Below, in pieces: positions 38,702-47,903 of a DNA stretch of 64,000 nucleotides (the first letter of the stretch is position 1; each line of letters begins with the position of its first letter). This stretch comes from Erysipelotrichaceae bacterium (GTDB lineage Bacteria > Bacillota_I > Bacilli_A > RFN20 > CAG-826), in the NCBI GenBank assembly GCA_015059185.1, contig SVAY01000003.1, positions 15,251 through 79,250 of the forward strand, read 5' to 3'. A program made the position numbers and the translations under genes. The notes under the pieces are model-generated. The model made no database searches and was not told where the DNA came from. It worked only from the letters and a program-made list of their open reading frames with translations.

Positions 38702-39584
38702 AATTCATTATTTTTCTATTTTTAATTGCTTCAAATTTAAGTGATTCATCTCTTTTGCTTTTATCCGTTTCTTCATAAGCTTTTTTAAGATATTTTTTTC
38801 TACTAGATATTAACCCTATTAGGTAGTTCTTTAATCTAGTCTCTATATGATATTCATCTACCCATTTAAGTGACTTCGCTACGGTTTCGTTTTTTAACAC
38901 ATATTGCGGTCCAATATTTGCAAACTTCAAGGCCTTTTTAACTTCATTAATGTCGCTCACTTCATCAAAAAAAGCATCCATAATATCAAAATTATATGAA
39001 TCCGCAATTTCCCCTTTTAGCACATCATATTGAGCAAATTTCTTGTCAAAATATTCTCTAATAAAAACACGGTCTCTTTCTTCTTTAATCTTATAACGAT
39101 TGTAACCGATAAAAAGCACCCAGTCTTCTTCTCCTAAAACCTTATCATCGTAAAAAGAATAAATCTTAGTTTTCAAAATATCTTTTTCATTAAAACGATA
39201 TATAACAGGATGGGGATATGTTATCACATAACTAATAGCAGTTTTAAAAGTTTCACTAAGATAAAAACCATTTCCAAAGTCTATTGGCTCATTAATATTT
39301 CTAGTTGTTGATATATCTCCGATAATCCCTCCCACTTTTGATCCGTGAAAAAGGTAACCATCATTTCCTTCTATATCAAACAAATCATATATATCAAGAT
39401 TGTTATCATTTATTAAAGAAATAATCTTATTAAATACTATTGGTGAAGGATTATTATGACGATTAATATAATTATTAATTTGTCTAGGTTCAACACCCAA
39501 AAAATCTGCTAAAGTGGCCGATGAATAATTCAATACATTCATTAATCTTTTGATTACAAAAGAAATATTTAATTCTGTTTTCAT
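38691..39584 (-). CDS. Fusion of an XRE-type HTH to a DUF3990-like (predicted ART fold) domain
   Basis: The N-terminal HTH is SSATLADFLGVEPRQINNYINRHNNPS. It is followed by LFHGSKVGG...IDFGNGFYLSETFKTA...DWVLFIGYNRY, paralogous to the 20332..20974 product. Confidence 0.5.
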   Translation of the reverse strand: MKTELNISFVIKRLMNVLNYSSATLADFLGVEPRQINNYINRHNNPSPIVFNKIISLINDNNLDIYDLFDIEGNDGYLFHGSKVGGIIGDISTTRNINEPIDFGNGFYLSETFKTAISYVITYPHPVIYRFNEKDILKTKIYSFYDDKVLGEEDWVLFIGYNRYKIKEERDRVFIREYFDKKFAQYDVLKGEIADSYNFDIMDAFFDEVSDINEVKKALKFANIGPQYVLKNETVAKSLKWVDEYHIETRLKNYLIGLISSRKKYLKKAYEETDKSKRDESLKFEAIKNRKIMNYGR

Positions 39585-39794
39585 ACTTCAATTATAACAT
39601 TTTTGTAAATATTTCCTAATTATTCCAGATTTTACTCAAATATTTTAATACATTAATAATTATATTAATATATATAAATATATATATTAATAACATTTTA
39701 TAAAATATTTCCTATGTACATCTAATCGTATTAGATATCATTTATTAAAAAGGAAAAAGAAGAATGGATTCTTGTAAAAAAATGTAGCTAATAA

Positions 39795-41435
39795 CTATCT
39801 ATATACTTCATCCTTAAATGCACTATTTTTATGTGAAAATGATAATCCAATTAACAATATCCTTTTAGAATTAATACGTAGCGCATCTGAATAGTATTTA
39901 TGTTCTTTAATTTGGTTTAAAGCTTTAGAAGCGGATTTTTCTAAATCACTTATTGAAGGTCTGTTTTTTAAGTATTTAAGTTCTAAAATAATTGAATAAT
40001 CGTTATTTGATATCGATCTAATCACTATGTCGCACCTTCCTTGGCCTTCTTCAATTTCACTGCTGACAAGAGCGTCGTCCATCAAAACAGATCCCAAGGT
40101 GACAATCATAATTTGATATGCTTTTTCAGAATTTAAATCTAAATATGAAAGCCTATTTTGAATATAAAAAGCAAGATTGGAAACAAATTCTTTAGTATTA
40201 AATGATATTAACGATTCCTTTATCTTTTTTAGAATCATAAAATTATCTTTATTCACTAATGTTTCCATGATTTCTTTGTTAAAGGCAATTTTAATTTCCT
40301 CATTCACTATCCTTACTGTATAGTAATTGCTTGGAAAATTAGGATGTATAGATAAATAACCACTAAACGCTAATAAAGAATATAGATTGATATTGTTATC
40401 AACGAAATCATAACTTATATTTTCATTGATTGTTGTATTAACATTTTCTCCATTAGTTAAAGATACTAAATCACTATTTACGTCACCACTTAATAGCTTC
40501 ACGGTCTCATGTAACAATTTATATGATCCTGTATTCGTCCAATAAGCCTTATATACAAATATATTTGATATAAAATTTAAAATTGACCAGGGATTATATA
40601 CTTCTTTATTTTGGAAAAAATATCCACCATACCACCTCTTCACTTCGTTATAATCACCATTGAAGTTTGAATATCTCAATAGTTTTTCAACCTCATCATC
40701 AGTAAAGCCGAAAAACTCATCTTTATTAGATAAGATATTATTAACCATCAAATTGTTTAAATCTGAAAAGATAGAAGAATGTGATACTTGGGTTATTCCA
40801 GTTACGATAGCTTTATATAGATAAGGGTTGCTTTTAATCGCATTACCTAAAAAGTCTTTCATAAGGTCTCTAGCATCATCAAAATAGCCATTCACATATG
40901 CGGTTTCTAAAGGTGTATCGTATTCATCAATTAAAATAATAGTCTTGACATTATTTTTCTTATATAACTTTTTAGTAAGGTAATATAAAGATTCTTTTAA
41001 TTCATTATTAGTACATTTACGATTTATGACATTATTTTCAAAATCATTTTCAGGGTTAATTAAATCACTATAAATATCAGATATCTTAAACTTCAATAAT
41101 TCAATATAATCAGCATAACTACGTCCGTTTATACCCTTTAAGTTAAGATGTATAACGTTATATTTATTTATATATTCAGCATATCTATGATCTTTATTAA
41201 TAATATTAGTGTCTTTAAATAAGGTTAATGAATCTTCATTGATATCAAAAAAATATTTACATAAAGAAAGCATTAATGATTTTCCAAATCTACGTGGACG
41301 GGTAAAGAGAAATGTCGCGGATTCAGGGGAATTAATTATATCTTCTAAAAACAATGTTTTATCCACATAATAACAATCTTTTTTTACTGTTTTGAAATCA
41401 TCAACGCCTATTGGCAAATACAAATTTGGAATCAT
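39795..41435 (-). CDS. AAA-ATPase-like (PF09820-type) N-terminal domain fused to a PD-(D/E)xK nuclease-like (PDDEXK_9/DUF1703) C-terminal domain
   Basis: The N-terminus LPIGVDDFKTVKKDCYYVDKT...TRPRRFGKSL is the hallmark of the predicted AAA-ATPase family. The C-terminus CDIVIRSISNNDYSIILELKY has the (D/E)-x-K pattern. The start is set at MIPNLYLPIG, which has an AGAGGT Shine-Dalgarno sequence 7 nt upstream. The ORF-track start at 41498 lies inside the upstream tandem repeats. Confidence 0.6.
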   Translation of the reverse strand: MIPNLYLPIGVDDFKTVKKDCYYVDKTLFLEDIINSPESATFLFTRPRRFGKSLMLSLCKYFFDINEDSLTLFKDTNIINKDHRYAEYINKYNVIHLNLKGINGRSYADYIELLKFKISDIYSDLINPENDFENNVINRKCTNNELKESLYYLTKKLYKKNNVKTIILIDEYDTPLETAYVNGYFDDARDLMKDFLGNAIKSNPYLYKAIVTGITQVSHSSIFSDLNNLMVNNILSNKDEFFGFTDDEVEKLLRYSNFNGDYNEVKRWYGGYFFQNKEVYNPWSILNFISNIFVYKAYWTNTGSYKLLHETVKLLSGDVNSDLVSLTNGENVNTTINENISYDFVDNNINLYSLLAFSGYLSIHPNFPSNYYTVRIVNEEIKIAFNKEIMETLVNKDNFMILKKIKESLISFNTKEFVSNLAFYIQNRLSYLDLNSEKAYQIMIVTLGSVLMDDALVSSEIEEGQGRCDIVIRSISNNDYSIILELKYLKNRPSISDLEKSASKALNQIKEHKYYSDALRINSKRILLIGLSFSHKNSAFKDEVYR

Positions 41436-41469
41436 ACTTAATACCTCTACAATCATAGAATAATATGCT

Positions 41470-41570
41470 TTCGTGCAAAAATCAACTTCTTCGTGCAAAA
41501 ATCAACTTATTCGTGCAAAAGTGCATTTCTTCGTGCACATTCGTGCAATTTCGTACAGTCTTGTGCAAAT
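41470..41570. repeat. Degenerate tandem-repeat array (about 20-bp units decaying to about 10 bp) carrying 6-7 copies of the core TTCGTGCA(A) on the plus strand (TGCACGAA on the minus strand). It lies immediately upstream of the AAA-ATPase-like/PD-(D/E)xK gene.
   Basis: The units TTCGTGCAAAAATCAACTTC, TTCGTGCAAAAATCAACTTA, TTCGTGCAAAAGTGCATTTC, TTCGTGCACAT, TCGTGCAATT, TCGTACAGTC and TTGTGCAAAT are read directly from the sequence. Confidence 0.7.
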
Positions 41571-41617
41571 CAAATAATATTACTGTTTATAAGGATTATT
41601 AATATAGAATTAAAGAC

Positions 41618-42433
41618 ATGGAATACTTCAAACTAAATAACGGCAATCTTATACCTAAACTCGCTTATGGCACATGGCTTATCAAGAATTCTGATGCCTA
41701 TAAATGTGTCTCTATGGCGCTTGAAGCAGGATATCGTCACATCGATACCGCGCAAGTGTATAGAAACGAATGCGAAGTAGGTAGAGCAATTAGAGAATAT
41801 AATCTTCCACGTGACGATATTTATCTAGTAAGTAAAGTTAATGCTTGTCATAAAGATTATAAGTCCACTAAAAGAAGTATTTATAACTCTCTTAGGCGAT
41901 TAGGAGTCGATTACATCGACTTAATGTTAATTCACTGCCCTCAACCATGGAACGAATATGGTGGTAAGAATCACTATTATAAAGAAAATGTAGAGGTTTG
42001 GAGAGCACTTGAAGAAGCTTATAAACAAGGAAAAGTTAAAGCAATAGGTGTTTCTAACTTTAATAAGAAAGATACCGCGAATATTTTGGATCACTGTGAG
42101 ATAAGACCGATGGTGAACCAAATAGAGGTTCATATTTATAACACACCTCTAGATTTAATTAATTACTGCAAGAATAACGATATTATTGTTGAATCCTACT
42201 CCCCAATTGCTCACGGAGCAGCGCTTGATGATAAGGTTATCAAAGATATGGCGAACAAATATCATGTATCAGTTGCTCAATTATGCATTAAATACACTCT
42301 TCAATTAGATACAGTATCTATTCCTAAAGCAAGTTCTAAAGAACATATGCTAGATAATATGAAATTAGATTTTGAAATCAATGAAGAAGATATGAAATAT
42401 TTATCCAAGTTAAATAAAAACATCATTTGGTAA
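41618..42433 (+). CDS. Aldo/keto reductase (AKR) family oxidoreductase
   Basis: The 271-aa product has AKR signatures (GYRHIDTAQVY, LVSK, IHCP). Confidence 0.8.
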   Translation: MEYFKLNNGNLIPKLAYGTWLIKNSDAYKCVSMALEAGYRHIDTAQVYRNECEVGRAIREYNLPRDDIYLVSKVNACHKDYKSTKRSIYNSLRRLGVDYIDLMLIHCPQPWNEYGGKNHYYKENVEVWRALEEAYKQGKVKAIGVSNFNKKDTANILDHCEIRPMVNQIEVHIYNTPLDLINYCKNNDIIVESYSPIAHGAALDDKVIKDMANKYHVSVAQLCIKYTLQLDTVSIPKASSKEHMLDNMKLDFEINEEDMKYLSKLNKNIIW

Positions 42434-42438
42434 TATAA

Positions 42439-42981
42439 ATGGAACTGAAATATATCAAGGTTGATAATAAGTATATTCATCATAATCAGATTAAACATCT
42501 ATTTGAGCATGCTTTCCCACCAGTTGAAAGACCAAGTTATAACATGCTTATGTCTTTTCCTCATCATGAGATGTATGCAGTAGAAGATAACTCTACTTTT
42601 ATAGGGCTAGTTGATCTATTAAAATATGAAGATACATTATATATATTTTTCCTTGCAATAAAAAAGACATATAGAGGAAAAGGATATGGTTCAAAAGTAT
42701 TAAAAGATATCACTTCAAAATATAGTAACGACTATCGTATCTATCTATTAGCAGAAAATCCAGATATCGAAAGCAATAACAAATTAGAAAGAATGAATAG
42801 GATCAACTTCTATAAATATAATGGACTAACGTTAAGTGATGAAGTAGTGATTGAATATGGTGTTAACTATAGGGTTCTATATTTTACTAAGCCGGTTCAA
42901 AAAGAGGAGTTTATTGCCTCTATGAAATATTTACTTGGCGATGATTTCTTTTATAAATATTACGTACATAATGTGAAATAA
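42439..42981 (+). CDS. GNAT-family N-acetyltransferase
   Basis: LAIKKTYRGKGYGSKVLKDI matches GNAT motif A (R/Q-x-x-G-x-G/A). Confidence 0.65.
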   Translation: MELKYIKVDNKYIHHNQIKHLFEHAFPPVERPSYNMLMSFPHHEMYAVEDNSTFIGLVDLLKYEDTLYIFFLAIKKTYRGKGYGSKVLKDITSKYSNDYRIYLLAENPDIESNNKLERMNRINFYKYNGLTLSDEVVIEYGVNYRVLYFTKPVQKEEFIASMKYLLGDDFFYKYYVHNVK

Positions 42982-43031
42982 AAAAAGAGGATCTATTAAC
43001 AATTTCCTCTTATATTTTTCTTTAAAAGTGC

Positions 43032-43976
43032 TTATTTAACAAAATCTACTAAAAAACTACTAATTTTTGAATCGTACCCTTCAGTATTATTAATTCTTAC
43101 ATGAGAGTGCTGACCATGTGGGAAGAATTCGATTCTTTTTTCTTTAACGGGGCAAGTTTCATATAACTTCTCACCTAGCTCAGGAAGAGAATAGAAATCC
43201 TCTTTACTATAGATAAATAGCATTGGTTTATTCATCTTTTTAATAACGTTGATTGGTCCCCACTTTTTAGCGGACTTTCCAGCAACAATTCTCATCATTC
43301 CCATGATCTCACTAACAAATGGGAAGATTGGTTTCTTTCTTTCAATAAGATGCTGCTTAAGCGACTCATGGAAGTTTACATACATACCATCAGCAATAAG
43401 TGCTTTAACATAACTTGGACAGCTCTTATCAGTAATCGCATATAACCCAGTTGCAGAACCAATACATAATCCATGAATGATTACACTACTATTTCCTAAT
43501 TCATCATGAGCGAACTTAATCCACGCCAAGATATCTTTATATTCTTTAAGTCCGATAGTGTTATATCTTCCTTCACTTAATCCATGGCTTCTATTATCAA
43601 TAGCCAAAACATTATATCCAGCTTTTCTATATGGTTCAGAGAAGTAATATGAATAAGTTCCTGACTCCATTCTTCCAGGGATAACAATCACAACTTTATC
43701 GCTACCAAAGTCGAAATATTCTCCAATTAAATGGAACTTTTGAGAGTTTATTTCCACTCTTTTACGATTCTTTTCATATTTATTGCCCCACTCTTCACCT
43801 TGTCTAAACATCTCTTTTTGTTCTTCGTCATCCCATGAAACTGTACGACTCCATTTATCTTTAGATGTACGTACAAATAAAACAGTATAAATGACATTAG
43901 AAATGATCAAAGTTGGTAATATATAGAATAAGAGCAATGCTCCTAATAAACCTAGTACAATATAAAGTGCAATCAT
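43032..43976 (-). CDS. Membrane-anchored alpha/beta hydrolase with Cys at the nucleophile-elbow position; last gene of the lipid operon.
   Basis: It has an N-terminal TM helix. IHGLCIGSATGLY aligns with the paralog's LYGISMGATALAY (G-x-S-x-G), putting Cys where Ser normally sits. The Hydrolase_4-like region is NVLAIDNRSHGLSEGRY. Confidence 0.55.
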   Translation of the reverse strand: MIALYIVLGLLGALLLFYILPTLIISNVIYTVLFVRTSKDKWSRTVSWDDEEQKEMFRQGEEWGNKYEKNRKRVEINSQKFHLIGEYFDFGSDKVVIVIPGRMESGTYSYYFSEPYRKAGYNVLAIDNRSHGLSEGRYNTIGLKEYKDILAWIKFAHDELGNSSVIIHGLCIGSATGLYAITDKSCPSYVKALIADGMYVNFHESLKQHLIERKKPIFPFVSEIMGMMRIVAGKSAKKWGPINVIKKMNKPMLFIYSKEDFYSLPELGEKLYETCPVKEKRIEFFPHGQHSHVRINNTEGYDSKISSFLVDFVK

Positions 43977-43985
43977 ATCCTTAAC

Positions 43986-45554
43986 CTATAATAATCCAAT
44001 CATTAAATCTTCTTTTTCTTGTCCACCATTTAAAATAGTGACTTCAATATTTTCATATTTAGAGCTAAATAATTCATTAATCTTTTCTTCAAGATCTTCA
44101 TCAACATTTTTACCTAAAAGAATAAAGGCACTGCTCTTAAAAGAGATGTCATTATAGTTAGCTAATCCTTTAGATAAACACTCTAATAAATCTACATCAC
44201 TAGAAAGAATCTTTTCATTCATATAAGTGACATAATCTCCAACGTTTACTTTAGCTAAATCATTAGAATAACTCTTAATCGCTTTCGAAACGTTTAAACA
44301 CTCCACTCCTACATCTTCTGAAATAGCTTCTAGTCTATTTTCAATGGAACTATCAGGAACGTCCATCGCTAAAGCATAATAGCCTTCAATCACATTTTTT
44401 GTAGGAATAATAACAATGTTTTTCTGAAGTGAGATCTTCACTGCTTGATTAGCAGTCTCGATAATGTTTTTGTCGTTTGGAAGAATGACGATCTTTTCTG
44501 ACTTAATTCTTTTAAATGCATCAAGGAAATTTTGAGTAGATGGATTAGTTGGAAGGAATACATCTACACCCATATCTTTATATACATCTTTTATACCACT
44601 ACCACTAATACAAGCAATATAGACGATTGCTTTAAATGGAATATCTGGTATATCGATTTTATCTTCTTCTTTCTTTTTATTTTCGAGGTTAAGTGATTCT
44701 ACATCTCCTAGTCTTCTCAGGCTTTTGATTATTAAACTAGCTGAACTTGTATACGCTTTTAGAGTTAAAATTTTATCTTTGATTTTTAAATCATATGAAC
44801 TTGACAATTCTTCAATTTTTTTAGATATATCTTCAATGGCAAAATTAAGGTTATTAAGTTTAATAGAGATTTCTAAATAATCTCCTTCACCTTCTAATTT
44901 TTCTTCCTTATTATCTTCGTCCATTACTAAGTCTCTATCAACGATTTGACCTAATAGATATTTATACATTCCTTCGATAATAGTGATGTAACCTTTCGCA
45001 CCACTATCAAGAACATTAGCTTCTTTAAGAACTGGTAATAATTCTGGAGTAAGTTCTAAAGATTTATTAAGTTCATCTAGATATAACTTAAAAGCATCCT
45101 TTTGTGAGATACTACCTCTAATCTTATCTTTAATGTTTTCAATCCCCATTCTAGTCACAGTAAGGATTGTTCCTTCCACTGGTTTTAATACAGCCTTATA
45201 GGCTGTTTTATAGCCAATAATAAAGGCATCACGGAATTCACCAGGATTAACAATAGAATCGTTTCTGAGGGATAAATACATTCCTCTAAAGAGTTGAGAT
45301 AAGATAACTCCTGAATTACCTCTCGCACCTAAAAGCATGCCTGTAGATAATTCTTTAAGATATTTTCCTAAATGTTTATCACTTTTTGCGGTATTAAGTC
45401 CGTTTTCAAGAGTTAAACGCATATTAGTGCCAGTATCACCATCAGCAACAGGAAAAACGTTCATGTCATTAATTTCTTTTTCATGAACGTATAGATTATT
45501 AAGAGCGTTACGCATCATCTTTTCAAAGATGAAACCATTAATTTCGTTTCGCAT
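43986..45554 (-). CDS. DAK2-domain protein of the YloV/FakA family (fatty acid kinase catalytic subunit-like)
   Basis: The N-terminus reads NVFPVADGDTGTNMRLTLENG...GARGNSGVILSQ, a DAK2 domain. The product is 522 aa and the gene is adjacent to a DegV-family gene. Confidence 0.65.
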   Translation of the reverse strand: MRNEINGFIFEKMMRNALNNLYVHEKEINDMNVFPVADGDTGTNMRLTLENGLNTAKSDKHLGKYLKELSTGMLLGARGNSGVILSQLFRGMYLSLRNDSIVNPGEFRDAFIIGYKTAYKAVLKPVEGTILTVTRMGIENIKDKIRGSISQKDAFKLYLDELNKSLELTPELLPVLKEANVLDSGAKGYITIIEGMYKYLLGQIVDRDLVMDEDNKEEKLEGEGDYLEISIKLNNLNFAIEDISKKIEELSSSYDLKIKDKILTLKAYTSSASLIIKSLRRLGDVESLNLENKKKEEDKIDIPDIPFKAIVYIACISGSGIKDVYKDMGVDVFLPTNPSTQNFLDAFKRIKSEKIVILPNDKNIIETANQAVKISLQKNIVIIPTKNVIEGYYALAMDVPDSSIENRLEAISEDVGVECLNVSKAIKSYSNDLAKVNVGDYVTYMNEKILSSDVDLLECLSKGLANYNDISFKSSAFILLGKNVDEDLEEKINELFSSKYENIEVTILNGGQEKEDLMIGLL

Positions 45555-46957
45555 TATTCTTTGTCTTTATTTTCTTCCACTAATTCTTTTGGATTGACAA
45601 GCTCAATATTGGTTGCTTCCTTTTTCTCTTTACCTAATTCCTTAATTGATTTAGGTAAGAAGAACGCTAAGATGAAAGCGATAAAACAAGCAATTGCAGA
45701 GATTACTGTAATAAAGTATGTGCCTGGCAAATCAAAGATTTGATTAGTCTTAAGCACTGTTAATATAGTTGCGCCACCTAAGCCACTCGCTAAAGCACTG
45801 AATAAGCCTTGAATAGCAAAATACATCGCTGAATGAGAGATGCCTGTTTTCTTTTCATCATCTGCCGCAAGTTGAGAAGGAATGCTATAAGCAACAGCAA
45901 ACATTGCTCCAATGGAGAAGGAAGCAAATATACCACCACCAACACAGCATAATGTTTTAGCTAGCCCAGGAGCAACATAACGGGCAATAAAGAACATTGC
46001 TGTCATCGATATTACAAAAACAAGTAATGTATATTGATAAGCAAACTTAAAACCTTTTTTATTAATGAGTTTATTATAAACAATGAATGTTAATGGAACA
46101 GGAGCAAAACTAGAGCCCATTGTGATCGTCATATCCATCTTTCCAATTGAGAAGAATTCATTAATACCACTCAGGAATAACTGTAACCCTAAAGTCATAA
46201 AAGAATAAACAATCATCCAAATAATGAAGTCTTTATTCTTAAATGTATAACCGATAGATTTAATGATATTGACTGGTTTACTAACTTCACCAAAATCACC
46301 ATCTTTAGTAGATTTTTCTTTTATCATAAATAAAGGAACTAGCATCACCAAAACAAGTGGTAAAACAAGTAAAGCAACGATACGAATATTCATTCCTTTT
46401 AAGATCATAGGAACAAGCGCAAAACCAATAATAAAATAGAAAATATCGGCGATTGACTTGGTATTTGTTAAAAATCTGCGGTCTTTTTCGTTATCCACTA
46501 TCTCAGTAAACGTCGCATAATATGTGACCATTGTTAAGGTGTATGAACAGTAGAATAAGACGAGCATTAAGAAATAATAAACAGTGTTTAAAACTGTTGC
46601 TTCTCCGCTATTAGGCACAAGTAAGAAACAGCAATAAGATATAACCATAGGAATGATGCCCAAAACAATCGCAGGTCTTCTTCTACCCCAACGAGAACGT
46701 AAGGTATCAGTGAACTGGGCCATTGGTATATCAATTAAACCATCAATCACTTTAGCAATAACACCAAATACAGCCCATATCGCAGGGACGATTAAATCAA
46801 CACCTTCAAATGTATGATTAGCGACAGCATCTGGCCCAAATCCTTGAGCAATAAGAGCACTACATAAATATGAACCTACAATAATATTGAGTAAGTTCAC
46901 ACCTATTGCCCCAAAGGCGTATAATGCTAATTTCCACTTCTTATTAATTACTTTCAT
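45554..46957 (-). CDS. MFS transporter of the GPH (MelB/MFSD2A-like) family; candidate lysolipid or glycoside symporter.
   Basis: DGLIDIPMAQFTDTLRSRWGRRRPAIVLG is a GPH/MFS_2 signature. There are 12 predicted TM segments. Confidence 0.6.
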   Translation of the reverse strand: MKVINKKWKLALYAFGAIGVNLLNIIVGSYLCSALIAQGFGPDAVANHTFEGVDLIVPAIWAVFGVIAKVIDGLIDIPMAQFTDTLRSRWGRRRPAIVLGIIPMVISYCCFLLVPNSGEATVLNTVYYFLMLVLFYCSYTLTMVTYYATFTEIVDNEKDRRFLTNTKSIADIFYFIIGFALVPMILKGMNIRIVALLVLPLVLVMLVPLFMIKEKSTKDGDFGEVSKPVNIIKSIGYTFKNKDFIIWMIVYSFMTLGLQLFLSGINEFFSIGKMDMTITMGSSFAPVPLTFIVYNKLINKKGFKFAYQYTLLVFVISMTAMFFIARYVAPGLAKTLCCVGGGIFASFSIGAMFAVAYSIPSQLAADDEKKTGISHSAMYFAIQGLFSALASGLGGATILTVLKTNQIFDLPGTYFITVISAIACFIAFILAFFLPKSIKELGKEKKEATNIELVNPKELVEENKDKE

Positions 46958-46961
46958 CTAA

Positions 46962-47903
46962 TTATTCCTTGATAGAGGCTTTGATTTCATTAAATACTTT
47001 TGTTTCTTCAACTAATCCTTCTGAAATTGGCTTACCGTAATAATAGGCCGCCATTAAACCTGGACCAATATTGACTCCACAGTTAGGATATACATCGTTG
47101 ATGTACACTGCTTTAGGATGAATGTTATCTTCAATTAATTTCTTATATACTTCTGCGTTAGCATGTCTATTACTAGTAGCAACGAAGATAATTTGTTCTT
47201 CTGGCTTAATAATATGACGCTTAATGTATTCGATTAAGACTTTATAAGCTTCTTTTTCGCCTTTACATTTACCAATAACAGTAGTCATACCGTTATAGTC
47301 AAACTCTCCAACAGGCTTAATACCTACTAAAGAACCAAAGAAGGCTTTAGAATGAGTTAATCTACCCTTTTTTGCAACGAATGATAAATCATCCATCCAA
47401 CCTGTTTGATGGAAATGGTTCTTATTTCTCTCTAACCAAGCGACAACATCATCAAATGATTTGCCATCACGTCTAAGTTGCGCAGCATAAACTGCTAATA
47501 AACCAAAACCTGGACCAAAACGCATAGAATCGACTAAAGCGATTTGTGCCTCAGGGTAGTTTTCTTTAATTCTATCAACAGCTTGTTTCATAAATGAATA
47601 TGAACCGCTTAAAGTTTGAGAGATGGAGATAGCAATAACTCCTTCACCATTTTTAATATGTTTTTCAAATGCTTGATAACATTCTTCAACATTAGCTGGA
47701 GATGTTTTATAAGCATTAGGATTCTTTTTAAGATCCTTATAGAATTGGTCTCTATTTACTGTTTCCCAGTTTAAGACCGAAGGGTGTTCCACTCCATCTG
47801 GAGTTGTGTAGTGACCCATAATGACGTCAATATCATATTCCTTTCTAAAAAAGTCATTGAGGTCTGAGTTAACGTCAGGCATGATGGCAAAGTACTTATT
47901 CAT
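46962..47903 (-). CDS. DegV-family fatty-acid-binding protein (FakB-like)
   Basis: The N-terminus FAIMPDVNSDL and the segment ISISQTLSGSYSFMKQA resemble DegV (VTDSTSDL ... SSxLSGTYQSA). The product is 313 aa. Confidence 0.55.
   Translation of the reverse strand: MNKYFAIMPDVNSDLNDFFRKEYDIDVIMGHYTTPDGVEHPSVLNWETVNRDQFYKDLKKNPNAYKTSPANVEECYQAFEKHIKNGEGVIAISISQTLSGSYSFMKQAVDRIKENYPEAQIALVDSMRFGPGFGLLAVYAAQLRRDGKSFDDVVAWLERNKNHFHQTGWMDDLSFVAKKGRLTHSKAFFGSLVGIKPVGEFDYNGMTTVIGKCKGEKEAYKVLIEYIKRHIIKPEEQIIFVATSNRHANAEVYKKLIEDNIHPKAVYINDVYPNCGVNIGPGLMAAYYYGKPISEGLVEETKVFNEIKASIKE

Noticed and set aside
39585-39795. AT-rich stretch with (TATA)n-like runs as a possible mobile-element end or inverted repeat.
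   Set aside because: There are no matching inverted or direct repeats elsewhere in the window and no transposase or integrase gene. It was judged to be a low-complexity AT-rich intergenic spacer, probably a promoter region.
41436-41498. Longer start for the AAA-ATPase-like gene (MHEEVDFCTKAYYSM...).
   Set aside because: The extension is encoded by the tandem-repeat array itself and has no Shine-Dalgarno sequence. The internal ATG at 41435 has an AGAGGT Shine-Dalgarno sequence with 7-nt spacing, and the conserved family N-terminus (LPIGVDDF) follows immediately.
41470-41570. Possible CRISPR array (short direct repeats).
   Set aside because: The units are contiguous degenerate tandem repeats of 10-20 bp with no unique spacers of constant length. 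They sit in a promoter region. There are no cas genes.
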